A stretch of 64,000 bases of DNA from Candidatus Eremiobacteria bacterium (GTDB taxonomy: Bacteria; Vulcanimicrobiota; Vulcanimicrobiia; Vulcanimicrobiales; Vulcanimicrobiaceae). A model generated the notes under the pieces. It was not told the origin of the DNA and made no database searches. It saw nothing but the letters and a program-made list of their open reading frames with translations. Shown here piece after piece: positions 30,252 to 41,953 of this stretch. The stretch covers positions 480,001 through 544,000 of the forward strand of contig CAVWUU010000004.1 of NCBI GenBank assembly GCA_963758295.1, in the 5' to 3' direction. The translations under genes were made by a program, and so were the position numbers. Positions within the stretch are counted from its first letter, which is position 1, and each line of letters begins with the position of its first letter.

Positions 30252-33200
30252 CGGCGATCTGCCTCGCCGGCTTGTCCCGGCGCTCCTCGATGCACCGTCG
30301 ATGTCAAAAGCGAAGGCAGCTTCGCGGCGCGCACTTCCTGGTCCAGGGCCTTAACGCGCTGAGCGAATGACGCATACTGCGAGAGCCGGTCTTGCGTTAG
30401 CCGCAGCAGAGCAGCGTCTTCGCCGAGCTGCGCCTGCGTGGGCGGCGCATTGGAATCGAAGTACGTGTCGATCTGGGTTTGCAGCCGTTCGCGCAAGACG
30501 TCGGGCAAGAAGTCGTTGTCCTGATCGTTCAGCGGGTTCGACGTAAACGCCGGAATCAGGGCTCCTGCGGCATCACCGAGTTGCCGGACGTTGGACGCCA
30601 GATCGGCGTGCCCGTCTTTCGCGAGCGCGGCTGCTCGAAGCGGCGCTTCTTGCCTTACCGTGCTCAAGCCGTTGAGCGCGTCGTCAACTTTCGTAAAGGC
30701 ACCGATCAAACGCTCGATCCGCGCGCTGCGCTGAGCCAATTCTTGCGTGCTGTAATGCGTGCGCGTGTCTTGCCGCACGATGATGGGACGCTCGTACGTC
30801 TTTCCGTCTACGTGCAAACGCGCAACGTACCGGCCCGGAACGACGGGTGCGCCGCCGTCGAACGTGCCGCGATTCCAGCGCGGTGCAAACGTCCACTCGT
30901 GCGCGTTTTCCTTCGAGAGGTCCCACGCATAGCGATTCAAGCCCGCCTTATTCTCCACGGTTGCGGTGCGTACGACGTGGCCCGAAGCATCGAGGATGTC
31001 GATGGTCGGAACGATCTTTGCCGGCTTCTCCAAATAGTAAGAAATGAGTGCGCCGTACTCCGGCGCTTCGCCGTCGGGCCTCGTGCCGGAGTAGTTGAAT
31101 AGATTCCACTGCACGGCATCGCGGACCGGAAACAAATACGTTCCTGCGCTGCGAGCCCGCGACAACTGCTGAAGCTGCGTCGCATCGTCGAGCACCCATA
31201 TACCGCGTCCGTGAGTGGCAAGGAGCAGATCGTTCGTATCCGGCTGCAGCGCGATATCCCGCACGGAAACCGGCGGCAAGTTCGACGAAATGCGCTCCCA
31301 CGCCGCGCCGTCATTCCAGGACGCCCACAGCGAGCGTTCCAATCCCAAGTAAAGCACATGCGGCGTCTTTGGATCGGCGAGAATGCTGCGCGCTTCGTCG
31401 TCTTGCGGAAGGCCGGACGCGATTGGGCTCCAATGCGCGCCGAAATCGCGCGTTACGAAAACGTACGGCGTGCGATCTCCCACCATATGGCGGTCGTAAA
31501 CCGCATACGCGACGCCGGCATCGGTTTGCGACGGACTAATCGACGCAAATCTTCCGTACGGCTCGATCCCTTTGGGCGTAACGTTCGTCCAGTGTGCTCC
31601 GCCGTCACGCGTGAGCTGCACCACTCCGTCATCGGTGCCGATCCAAATTTCGCCGCGCCGCGCGTGCGACGGGGCCACGGCCAGAATCGTATCGCTCGTT
31701 TCGGCGCCCGTGCCGTCGAGCGTGATGCCGCCGGTGACCACTTCGTGCGCCGGCACGTTCAGGGTAAGATCGGGGCTAAGCTGCTTCCAGTGCAAGCCGC
31801 GGTCGCGCGTTGCGAAGAGGACGTTGCCCGCCGTGTACGTCACCGAAGGATCGAATGGATCGAAAGCTATCGGCGTTTCCCAGTTGAAGCGATACCTCAA
31901 GTCCTTGGGATCGATGACGTTTTGGTCGCGCATATACGGCGCGACCTCGCGGGTTTCTCCCGTCCGGAAGTTGTGAATCGTTAGGTCTCCCGCGAAGTTG
32001 CCGCCGGCATCGGCTTGCCAAACGAGTTGTTCGTCGCGCGGATCGAACATCGTGAACGTGCCATCGCCCGAGCCGACACGCATCCACTGGCTCGAATTTA
32101 CGCTGAACGCAAGCGGAACCGCAGCTCCGCACCAATTGCCGTTATCCTGTAAGCCGCCGCACACGCGATAGGCCAACCCGCGGGAGTAGCCGATATGGTA
32201 CAGCTGCGAAATCGGCAGCACTTTCTGCCATTGCCACGTTTCGCCGCCGTCGAACGAGAAGTTCACGCCGCCGTCGTCGCCTTCGATCACGCGTTTGCCG
32301 TCGGCCGAGATCCACATCGCATGGTGGTCGCCGTGCGTCCCGCGGCCGGTAATCTTGAAATGTCTGCCGCCGTCGGTGCTCACCGTCATGTGGACCGATT
32401 CCGCGAAGACGCGGTCGGCGTTCGCCGGATCGGCGAAAATTTTGCTGTAGTAAAACGGCCGCTCGTCGATCAGCGGATCGCTTGTGACGAGCGCCCACTG
32501 TGCGCCGCCGTCATCGGACCGCCACAAAAAGCCGTTCTTCGTTTCGATAAGGGCGTAAATGCGCTGCGGATTTGCCGGCGAGATGGCGATGGCAACGCGT
32601 CCGCGTTCTTCGGCCGGGAGCCCGTGGCCGGTGAGTTGCGTCCACGTTGCCCCGCCGTCGGTGGAGCGATAGACGCCGTCTTTGCCGCCGCCGCTTTCCA
32701 AGCTCCAGCCGGTGCGCCGGAACTGCCACATGCCTGCGTATAACAACGCGGGATTTCTCGGATCGGCTACGAGATCCGAAGCGCCGGTTTTATCGTCGAC
32801 GTAAAGCGTCTTCTTCCACGTTGCGCCGCCGTCCGTCGTGCGATACACGCCGCGTTCGCTAGAATCGGCAAACGGGTCGCCGAGGACCGCAACCACGACG
32901 TGTTTGGAATCGTGAGGATCGATAAAGATGCGACTTACGAGCGAGTTACGGACCGGCAAAACTTTCGTCCAATGCGCTCCGCCGTCGCTCGTACGATAAA
33001 TACCGTCGCCTTGCGTAACGTCGTTACGCGGATTCGATTCGCCGGTTCCCACCCAGACGGTTTGTTCGTTTTGCGGATCGATCGCGATGGCGCCGATCGA
33101 CGCTACGTCTTCATCGTCGAACACCGGCGTCCACGTCGTGCCGTTGTCCTTCGTCTTCCACAATCCACCGCCGGCTGCACCAACGTAGTACAACGACGAA

Positions 33201-33370
33201 TCGGAATCCGTTCCAGCGACTGCTCCGGCACGTCCGCCGGAAATCGCCGGACCGATGGATCGCCACTGCACGCCGGCAGCCGCGTCGTTTCCGGATGCGC
33301 GCGCGGGCAGTGAGCCGACCGTGGTGCCTGCAGCAAAGAATAAAGCTGCTGCTACAAAATGAAGACGCAT
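30248..33370 (-). CDS. Secreted VPS10/BNR-repeat glycosyl hydrolase-like beta-propeller protein
   Basis: WRSIGP..GR, many S/T-x-D-G-G-x-T-W Asp boxes, RFNWETP, ATHGRG. Confidence 0.88.
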   Translation of the reverse strand: MRLHFVAAALFFAAGTTVGSLPARASGNDAAAGVQWRSIGPAISGGRAGAVAGTDSDSSLYYVGAAGGGLWKTKDNGTTWTPVFDDEDVASIGAIAIDPQNEQTVWVGTGESNPRNDVTQGDGIYRTSDGGAHWTKVLPVRNSLVSRIFIDPHDSKHVVVAVLGDPFADSSERGVYRTTDGGATWKKTLYVDDKTGASDLVADPRNPALLYAGMWQFRRTGWSLESGGGKDGVYRSTDGGATWTQLTGHGLPAEERGRVAIAISPANPQRIYALIETKNGFLWRSDDGGAQWALVTSDPLIDERPFYYSKIFADPANADRVFAESVHMTVSTDGGRHFKITGRGTHGDHHAMWISADGKRVIEGDDGGVNFSFDGGETWQWQKVLPISQLYHIGYSRGLAYRVCGGLQDNGNWCGAAVPLAFSVNSSQWMRVGSGDGTFTMFDPRDEQLVWQADAGGNFAGDLTIHNFRTGETREVAPYMRDQNVIDPKDLRYRFNWETPIAFDPFDPSVTYTAGNVLFATRDRGLHWKQLSPDLTLNVPAHEVVTGGITLDGTGAETSDTILAVAPSHARRGEIWIGTDDGVVQLTRDGGAHWTNVTPKGIEPYGRFASISPSQTDAGVAYAVYDRHMVGDRTPYVFVTRDFGAHWSPIASGLPQDDEARSILADPKTPHVLYLGLERSLWASWNDGAAWERISSNLPPVSVRDIALQPDTNDLLLATHGRGIWVLDDATQLQQLSRARSAGTYLFPVRDAVQWNLFNYSGTRPDGEAPEYGALISYYLEKPAKIVPTIDILDASGHVVRTATVENKAGLNRYAWDLSKENAHEWTFAPRWNRGTFDGGAPVVPGRYVARLHVDGKTYERPIIVRQDTRTHYSTQELAQRSARIERLIGAFTKVDDALNGLSTVRQEAPLRAAALAKDGHADLASNVRQLGDAAGALIPAFTSNPLNDQDNDFLPDVLRERLQTQIDTYFDSNAPPTQAQLGEDAALLRLTQDRLSQYASFAQRVKALDQEVRAAKLPSLLTSTVHRGAPGQAGEADRR

Positions 33371-33378
33371 AAGGGGGT

Positions 33379-33972
33379 TTACGGCGGCGCGGGAACCTGA
33401 CCTTTACCGGTGAGGCGGCTCAGGAAAAACGCAATTTCGTCTCCCGCCCATTTCAAGCGTGGCGCAAGCCAGCGCTTTTGCGCGTGACAGCTCACTTCGC
33501 CCAGCTCGAGAACGAGCGCACCTCTCCGAGCCCGTACCTGGCGAAATCCGTAGTAATCGCGCAAGCCCTTCGTGAAATTGTCCGGTTGGAACGCGAAGGG
33601 AAACGCCGCACCGTAGAGTGCATGCCATTCTTTAGCGGCGGCGGCGTCGGAAGCGTGATGGTAACCCACCGACGCACCGCTCGAGCACGGAACCGTCGAG
33701 CCGTCGAAGTGGATGAACACGGCAGCGTCCGTGTCGTACGTGCCCGGGAAGTCGGCGGGCAGGCGCGCGACGGTAACGCCGTGAGCACGCAGCATCCGCG
33801 TCGCTTCGTCCGCAACGACCGGCGTCCACTGACGCTCGCCCGCGGCTCCGAGATTGCACTTGCGCCCGGGGTAATGGGCGCACGAAGCCGGGCGGCCTTC
33901 GTGCCCGGCCGAGATTACCACATCGACGTGCGTAACGGCAGTTGTGGCCGCAAGAACCACTGCCGCGATCAC
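33379..33972 (-). CDS. N-acetylmuramoyl-L-alanine amidase (Amidase_3)-like protein
   Basis: SAGHEG...E...IHFDG...LELGE Zn/catalytic pattern; hydrophobic N-terminus. Confidence 0.6.
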   Translation of the reverse strand: MIAAVVLAATTAVTHVDVVISAGHEGRPASCAHYPGRKCNLGAAGERQWTPVVADEATRMLRAHGVTVARLPADFPGTYDTDAAVFIHFDGSTVPCSSGASVGYHHASDAAAAKEWHALYGAAFPFAFQPDNFTKGLRDYYGFRQVRARRGALVLELGEVSCHAQKRWLAPRLKWAGDEIAFFLSRLTGKGQVPAPP

Positions 33973-36810
33973 TGCATCACTAGTTCGGTGAGCGCGCGCG
34001 ACGGTTCTACTTGCAACTCTGCCTGAAGCGTTTCTCGATACGCCCGATACTGCCGTATGGCAGCGGCGCGATCACCTTCTTGCAAATGCGCGCGAATCGC
34101 GATTTCTCGAGCCGTTTCGTCGCATGCGTCGAGCGTGATGAGATGGGTTGCAACCGCCAACGCAAACTCCGTTTCCCCTCGCTGCAACGCGTCGAGCGCG
34201 AGGCGGTGAGCAAGCTCGGTACGCAATTCGCGCAAACGACGTTCGACGGGCTCGAACCATTCCCAATTGTCCCTCGCCGACGGTCTTGCTTCACACAGCA
34301 TCGTCCAAACGCGCCGCAGGGCGCTTCGTTGCGCCTCGGTCAGAACGTCCCGCATGCGAACGCCGCCGGCAATTCGCTCGATTTCCCACAAATCGACCGA
34401 TGCGTCGGCATGCAACGCGTACCCGTCGTCCTGCTTGACAATGAGATCCCGGCGGCCCAAATGACCGCGTGCGCGGTGGAGACACACGCTAAGTGCATTG
34501 AGTGCAGCTGCCGTGTCCAAGTCGGGCCACAGCATCGAAGCCAAACGCGATCGCGAAGTTGCTTCGCGCCGAAGTCCCAGTGCGAGCACAAGTTCGAGTT
34601 CGCGGCCGCTGATTGGCGCGGGCTTCCCTTCCACTTCAACGGTCGCCGTTGTGAAGCGGACGCAAATCGACGGCGCAATATTCTGATGTTCGTCGCTCAG
34701 GTATCGGACGAACGCCGCCAGGATTCCAGCATCTCGATCCGCTGCAATCGCCGCGATGGATTCGTGCAGCTCGGGCGATTCACACCGAGCGGCCGCGTCC
34801 TGCGCAATGGCAAGAAATTCCTCACGCCGGTCGCCATCGATAAGCGCAACGGCAACGGCCGATATCGCGACCAAGAACGGTTTGTGCGTGCGTTGCGCCG
34901 TTCGCAAGGCCGCATGAGCGGCGTGCGCGCGACTCGCTTCATCGGGCGTACTGCCGAGCGAAATTAGAGCACCGAACGTCGCGTAGGTGGGAATATCGCG
35001 GTCCGAAGGCTGCGCGCGCCGCCCTTGAGAAACCGCCGCAAGATACGCGAAGCCATGGATGGCGTACTTCGTAACGACCTCGTCGAGCTTCGATGCATAC
35101 GAAGCCGCAAGCTCTGCTTCACCGGCGAACCATGCGCCCACAAAGGCTTCGGCGTAGTCGAATGCGATGAAATTTGGTAACCGGGTGCGGCGCGCGCGTT
35201 CGAGCGCCCGTTCGATGAAGTGCCGTTCCACCGCACGCTCGCCGCGTACGCGGGCTATGTCGGCGCCGAGCGATAGAAACGTTCCCGAAGCCATTACGTC
35301 GATTTCTTCAATGAACGGCAGCGCGGAATGCAACGCGCGTCTCTGCTTCGGCAAGACGCCCGATACGGGATTGGAGCAAGCCACGGATGTAGAGCAGATA
35401 CGCGCCGAAAAGTTCGTTTAGCGAATCCGTGGCCTGCATCTCTTGCATGAACTCATTGAGGATCGCGAGCGCTTGATCGAAGAGTCCGAGATAGCTCATC
35501 AGCAGCACGCGAAGCACGAAGATGAGATACGTTTCTGCCGGTTTCGTTGCCGAAAGCGTGCGCCACAACGACTCCGCTTCGTCCAGCAGCGTCTCCGTCT
35601 TCACGATAAAGAGGCGGCCGATGGCCGTCATCGCCCACAAGCGGGGGTACCGCTGCACGAGCACGGGATCCAAGGCTGCGAGAACGCGGCCGTACGCATC
35701 GGGTGCCGTTCGGTCTCGCAACACCTGGTGCTGTGCGAGCGTCCGCGCGGCGCTCGCCTGATCGCCGGCCGCGAGCATCAGCTCCGCTCCTCGACAGTAA
35801 TCCTTTTCACGTTCCCGCAACGCGGCTAAACTTCGCAGTAACGTTATACGGCGCGGTCCTTGATGTTCCAAGAGCAACGACGCGAGCAGCGGATTAACGG
35901 TAAATTCGCCGTCGGCGCTGCGCGAGATAAACGGTGATTGTTTCGCGCGTTCCGTGAGATCTTCGATCTGTTCTTCGCTGATTTGCGCAGCGCGCAGATC
36001 GAACTCGGACGCATGAGGCGTCGCAGCACAAACGAAGAGCGCGTCGCGCGTGCCTTCATCGATGCTCGATAGCACTTGATCTTGCAAGTAATCGTGCAAT
36101 TCGGCAAAGGCGATATCATCGAGACGGTCGAGCAATGACGCGACCCGTCCCTCGGTTGCGAAGCGCCGCAACAGCAAGACGGCAATTGGCCAGCCAAGCG
36201 AAACTTGTTTGATTCTTGCGAGCGACTCCGCTTCGTCGATGGCGCCCGCGAAAATCGAACGCATCTCATCATCGTCAAAGGCGAGATCCTCGGCGCGCAA
36301 TACCAGAATTTCATGCGGCGCCGCGTATCGCGTGAGCGAGATGCGGAACGGCTCACGGGTGCAGACGACTAGGCGCCGTTCCGGCGGCCGGTTCGCGAAA
36401 AGCCGCGCGAAGAATTCGCGCGCGATGGGGATATTGGCGAGATGCTCGGCGTTTTCGAAAATTACGGTTCCCGGCACCGGCTCGCGCCATTTCTCGAGCG
36501 CTAGATTAAGGCGCTCCGCCACCGAGAGCGCGCCGTCGTGGAGAATCGCTTCTCCGTCGGGCGAGGGACCGCTTGTACGCAGTTCGCGCAAGGCGTCGAT
36601 CAGCCGGCGGGCTACATCTAGATCGTCGCGGATGTCTCGGCAATTGCAAATCGCAACCGGCCCGGCATCGTCGGGAAGCTGGCGAACGAAGACGCTTTTT
36701 CCGTAGCCGGCCGGGGCCAAGAGCACAAGTACCTTCGGCCGGACCCGTAAGACACGGTCCAGCAGGCGGGTGCGAAGCAGATCCAACGGCTCGGCCGGAG
36801 AAACGGTCAT
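33969..36810 (-). CDS. STAND NTPase regulator with C-terminal wHTH-BTAD (SARP-like); frameshift near 35340
   Basis: APAGYGKS and SLGWP in ORF 35308-36810; MLWPD, DACDE, GDRAAAIRQY and ELQVEPS in ORF 33969-35384. Confidence 0.8.
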
Positions 36811-36848
36811 GCTTAAGTCGTACCTTCACCGCATAGCGCCCCAGACCA

Positions 36849-36887
36849 TGTAATCCATTTGTAAGCAAGCTGTAAGTAGTCCGTAAG
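36849..36887. promoter_or_regulatory. Four (T/C)GTAA(G/T) direct repeats at exact 11-bp period
   Basis: TGTAAT 36849, TGTAAG 36860, TGTAAG 36871, CGTAAG 36882, between divergent regulators. Confidence 0.55.
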
Positions 36888-36954
36888 GCTCAGGAAAGTC
36901 TTTTGTCCTACACTCAGCTTGCCAGCCGAGCCAACGGGAAGGCAATTGGACCAA

Positions 36955-37425
36955 ATGGGTGCTCTTTATTTTCAACAGCCGGCCGCTGTCTATGTAGCCG
37001 GCGATGACGCTATTGTCCGAGATGCGATCGCACGGCTTTTAGCCCTCGATCCGCAGTTCTTTGTGACCGACGCCGGGTCGGGCAGCCGCATCGGCGACGG
37101 CGTGATCGTAGACTTGGGTCTTCTCGAAGACTTGCAAGACGTTTCCGTCCGGGACTTCATCAAAATGGTGAAGTCGATGGCCGGCTCGCCGCCTCTACGT
37201 CATCTGCGGGCGGTGCCGAACGACGACATGCGCCAACTGCTCTCCGAACGCGAGATGCAAGTCGTAAGACTCGTCGCCGAGGGTCTTTCAAATAAGGAAA
37301 TCAGCGCGCGTCTCGAGCTTTCGGACAAGACGGTGAAAAATCACATCTCGCACATCTTGGCCAAGCTGAACCTTTCAGCTCGCACGCAGGTGGCGGTCCA
37401 CGCTTTGCGAGCGGGAATCGCGTAA
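36955..37425 (+). CDS. NarL/LuxR-family regulator with degenerate receiver domain
   Basis: LSEREMQV...GLSNKEI...KTVKNHISHILAKL; start uncertain (36919 or 36955). Confidence 0.85.
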   Translation: MGALYFQQPAAVYVAGDDAIVRDAIARLLALDPQFFVTDAGSGSRIGDGVIVDLGLLEDLQDVSVRDFIKMVKSMAGSPPLRHLRAVPNDDMRQLLSEREMQVVRLVAEGLSNKEISARLELSDKTVKNHISHILAKLNLSARTQVAVHALRAGIA

Positions 37426-37938
37426 GAGCCTTACCGCACCGCTGGTGAAGTCATATACGAGGGCGCCCGTCAACGGCGTTCTCGTTGCTTTCTCGGCCGC
37501 CGCACGGATATGGCGTAGCGCTTCCAGTCGCCGGCCGTCTGCGGGTAACCGGCGAAAGACCAGGGCGTAGTTGTGCCCGCGACGATTCCTAACGATGCAA
37601 TCAAAAGGCGCCGCCTGTGTTCCGATGGCCATGACGTCGTGCAGCCGGAGCGCGGCCAGCCGCGACGAGAGCCTTCCATCGATAAAACGCCGCAATTCAC
37701 GAACGATGCGATCGCGTTCCGCAAAGAGCAACGATGGGCGGATGCCGTTCGGCGCTTCCGTTCCCACCGCGTGCTCGAATCGGACCAGCGCGTTATCCAC
37801 AAGTGCCCTCGGCGTTATGCGTCCGCGTTCGAGCGCAGAGAGCACGGCGTTACGCATGGAGCGTTCGGCTAAGCGAGGCAAGCGGTTTGCGGCGAGCAGT
37901 GGGTCCATCACCATCAGGGTAACGACTCGTCGTGCCAT
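37375..37938 (-). CDS. Hypothetical protein
   Basis: About 187-aa ORF divergent from the TM0106 gene. Confidence 0.55.
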   Translation of the reverse strand: MARRVVTLMVMDPLLAANRLPRLAERSMRNAVLSALERGRITPRALVDNALVRFEHAVGTEAPNGIRPSLLFAERDRIVRELRRFIDGRLSSRLAALRLHDVMAIGTQAAPFDCIVRNRRGHNYALVFRRLPADGRRLEALRHIRAAAEKATRTPLTGALVYDFTSGAVRLLRDSRSQSVDRHLRAS

Positions 37939-37971
37939 GGGTATGGCACGGTGTTGAGCGAAGATTAGACC

Positions 37972-40900
37972 ATGCAGCGCATCGACGACCGCTTCATCTT
38001 CTCCGCAACCGATTTGAACAACGCGCTCGAGTGCGCGCATCTCATCGAGCTAGAACGCCTCGTCGCGCTCGGGCGCGCGAGAGCGGCCCGCTGCGACGCC
38101 GGCCACAGAGTTGCTCGCGCGCAAGGGACTCGATCACGAACTTCATCAGCTCGAGGCGTATCGCGCCCGTTTTGGAAGCGCGCTCGTAGAGTTCGACCCA
38201 AAACTGGAGTGGGGCACCGACGCGTTTCATGCCGCCGAAGGGCGCACCGTCGACGCCATGGCCGCCGGCGCGCCGCTCATCTATCAAGCGACGTTCTTCG
38301 ACGGCAAGTGGCTCGGCCGGACCGACTTCTTACGACGCGTCGATCGTCCGTCGGCGCGCTGGGGCTGGAGCTACGAGGTCATCGACACGAAGCTCGCGCT
38401 CAATCCGAAGCCGTACTATTTGATTCAGCTTGCGAATTACAGCGAACACGTCGCGCGCGTCCAAGGAACGATGCCGCGAGAGATGCACGTCGTGCTCGGA
38501 AGCGGCGCAGAGCGCTCGTTCCGCGTTGACGACTTCTCCGCGTACTACCGTTCGCTGAAAACGCGGTTCCTCGAACGCATGGCCGAAGCCAATGTCGCGA
38601 CATACCCGCTCGAAACGGGGCATTGCACGGTCTGCCGCTGGAACGCGCAGTGTTCGAAGAAACGCAGCGACGACGATCATCTCTCGCTCGTTGCCGGCAT
38701 GCGCAAAGACCAGATTCCAAAACTGGAAACTGGCGGCATCGCAACGATGGCGCAACTTGCCGGCGCGAACGACGGAATGCGGCCGTTCGGCATGGCGGAG
38801 CACTCTTTCGAGAAGCTGCGCGCCCAGGCGGCATTGCAACATCGCGCTCGCGTTGAGGGCGGCAACTTCTACGAACTCTTAGAGCAAGAGTCCGGCACGG
38901 GCTTCGAACTACTGCCGGCGCCCGACGAAGGCGACGTCTTCTTTGATATGGAGGGTGACCCGCTCTACGCGCCCGATCACGGCCTGGAATATCTTTTCGG
39001 CGCCTACTGCCCGTCCGAGGGCTCGTACGTTACCTTCTGGGCGCGCAGCGACCGGGACGAAAAAGCCGCCTTCGAAGCGTTCATGGATTTCATCGTCGAA
39101 CGGCGACGGCGCTTTCCGGCGATGCACGTGTACCATTATGCGAACTACGAACAAGCCGCGATGCGACGGCTTATGGGGCATTACGGAACCCGCGAGGCGG
39201 AACTCGATACGCTCTTGCGCGGCGAAGTCTTCGTCGATCTGTACACCGTCGCGCGGCAAAGCCTTCGCATTTCGCAGCCGAGCTACTCAATCAAGAAGTT
39301 CGAGGCGTTTTACGGCATGAAACGCAATACCGACGTAAAACGCGGCGACGATTCCATCGTCATGTTCGAGACGTGGCTCTTCACGAAAGACGATTCCATT
39401 CTCGAAGACATCGAGCGCTACAACGAAGACGACTGCCGTTCGACGTACCTGCTTCGTGAGTGGATTTTGGCCCGGCGCGCCGAGTACGCCGAGGCCCACG
39501 AAGTCTCGTGGTTCGAACAGCAGCGGGAGCCAGTCGAAGAGACGTCGTCTTCCGAAGAGCTCGTCGCGACACTGCTTGCGGGTTTCGAACCGCCCCTCTC
39601 GTTACGTTCGTTGCGTGCGCAGCCGCCGGCCATCCGTTCGCGCTGGCTTCTCGCACATTTGCTCGACTATGACCGGCGCGAAGCCAAACCGGCATGGTGG
39701 CAGCTTTTCGATCGCTGCAAGAACGTCGATCGCCTTCTCGAGTTCGATCACGAGTCGATCGGCGGCATGGAGTTGCGCGTGGAAGTCGCGCCGGAAAGAG
39801 CGAAGAAGTCGTTCATTTACACCTACAGCTATCCGGAGCAGACGCATCATTTAGACGGCGAAGTCTGGTGCCCGTACGTGGAGAAGCGCGCCGGCACCAT
39901 CGTTTCGATCGATGACGAAGCGCGGCGGGTGCGAATCAAGTTGAGCGGCTCTATCGTGCCTGAAGATCTCCGCGCCGTTATTCCCGGCGGCCCCATTTTG
40001 AATAAAGAACAGAGCAAAACGCTCCGGCGAATCGCGCAAGCGTTCTTAGACGAAACCCTTCAGACTCGGTGGCCGGCGACGCAGGCGCTGCTCTTGGCGG
40101 AGCCGCAGCGCGTTCGCACGCAATCAACTGCGGAAGCGGTCGCAAATCTGGACGGAAGCTATCTCTTCGTCCAGGGTCCGCCCGGTTCCGGAAAAAGCAC
40201 GACCGGGGCGTCGGTCATCGTCGATGCGCTTGCTGCCGGTAAGCGTGTCGGCATCGTCGCGAAGGGTCACAAAGCCATCAACCATCTTCTGCACAAAGTC
40301 GAAGAGGCAGCGGCCGAACGCGGCGTCACGTTTAGCGGACTGAAGAAAGCGACATCTACTAACGAAGATTCCTTTTACCAATCGGCTTTGCAACAGCCGT
40401 TTGTTACGAGCGTTACCGACAACGAGCCCTTCGTAGACGAACCGCATCAACTCGCCGCCGGGACCCCGTGGCTCTTCGCGCGCGAGCAACTCGCCGGCGC
40501 TTACGACTTGCTCTTCGTAGATGAAGCCGGCCAAATCGCGCTGGCCGACGCCCTGGCGTGTTCGGTCGCCGCGCGCAACATCGTCTTGCTCGGCGATCCG
40601 TTGCAACTGGCGCAAGTTTCCCAAGGCTCCCACCCGGTCGGCACGGATCTTTCAATTCTGGAACACGTCCTCGGCGATCGAGAAACGGTGCCCCCCGAGC
40701 GCGGAATTTTTCTTGAATGTTCCTACCGCATGCATCCCGAGATTTGCGCCTTCATCTCCGAGCACGTTTACGAAGGACGCTTACAAGCCGCTTCTAATAC
40801 GGTTCATAATGCCGTTACGATCCACGATCGCCGCTTTACCGGGCTGGAATGGATTCCGGTCACGCACGAGGGCAACAGGCGGGCTTCCGAAGAGGAAGCA

Positions 40901-41377
40901 CGCGCGATCGGCAATGCGATAGGCACGTTACTCGAGGGTTCGGTTACCGTTCGCAACAGCGAACGAACCTTGACATTGGAAGACATCATCGTGGTGTCAC
41001 CCTATAACGCACAGCGCGTCCTGTTGCGCAAAACCCTTGCGTCGATGGGCTATCAAGACGTCCGCATCGGAACGGTCGACAAATTCCAGGGTCAAGAAGC
41101 GCCGGTAGTCTTTTATTCGATGGCAACGTCGAGCGGCGATCATATCCCGCGCGACGTCGCATTTCTCTTCGAAAAGAACCGTTTTAACGTAGCATTATCG
41201 CGTGCGCAGTGCGTAAGCATTCTCGTGTGTTCGCCGGAGCTGCTGGCCGTGCGCTGTTCGTCGCCGGAACAAATGGCCATGGTGAACCTGCTCTGCGCAT
41301 TTACTGAAACGGCGTCGGTCGCACTGTCGCACGTCGCTGCGTCTACTCAAACAATCGAGCGAAGTGCCGCTTCGTAG
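37972..41377 (+). CDS. TM0106-family RecB-like nuclease / RNase H-like / SF1 helicase; frameshift near 38078
   Basis: FSATDL N-terminus, DFL...IDTKLA, FFDMEGDP, YNEDDC, QGPPGSGKS, VDEAGQ, TVDKFQGQE. Confidence 0.85.
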
Positions 41378-41479
41378 GACGATTAGGTGAAGTAGCGCAA
41401 CGTCGCCTGCATTCACTATTGAGCGACCTCCGCTTAAGCGTTCGCCCGTAACGCCGAAACGGTGCTTTGAAAAACGGGT

Positions 41480-41869
41480 ATGCCTACGGACATCATGGAC
41501 AACAACTATAACGCCACCACTTACGACAAAGCTCGCCAAGCAACTGACTCGATTTCCGGATCGATCGAGCGCGGCACGGATACGCCGATCGGACGAATGG
41601 CGCAAGGCATCAGCGAGTCCAACGAACAGCACGATGCGCGCGAACCGATGAACTCGACGATGCGCACGGTCTTGTTGTCCGGGGCCGGCATGGCCATCGC
41701 GGCGTCGCTCGCCATGCAGCTCATGGGACGTAAGCATGAAGCACTGTTCTTTGGACAGTGGGCGCCTACGATGCTGACGATCGCGCTATGGTATCAGTTG
41801 GTCAAAGGCCAGCAGGGCCACGTTCACGGACGGTCACAACCTACGCTGGACCCATCTTTATACCGATAG
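41480..41869 (+). CDS. Hypothetical membrane protein (ALFFGQWAPT motif)
   Basis: ORF followed by a terminator. Confidence 0.65.
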   Translation: MPTDIMDNNYNATTYDKARQATDSISGSIERGTDTPIGRMAQGISESNEQHDAREPMNSTMRTVLLSGAGMAIAASLAMQLMGRKHEALFFGQWAPTMLTIALWYQLVKGQQGHVHGRSQPTLDPSLYR

Positions 41870-41888
41870 GTGCGAACGCTTCACAATC

Positions 41889-41923
41889 GAGGGCCGGGCT
41901 TGCAACCCGGCCCTTCTCTTTTT
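41889..41923 (+). terminator. Intrinsic terminator
   Basis: GAGGGCCGGG-cttgcaa-CCCGGCCCTT followed by CTCTTTTT. Confidence 0.7.
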
Positions 41924-41953
41924 CGGTCCATCGCAATAGCAAGGAGCTTCACC

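Noticed and set aside
13922..38110. Programmed frameshifting
   Set aside because: No consistent slippery sites, several indels per gene, and gene families not known for recoding
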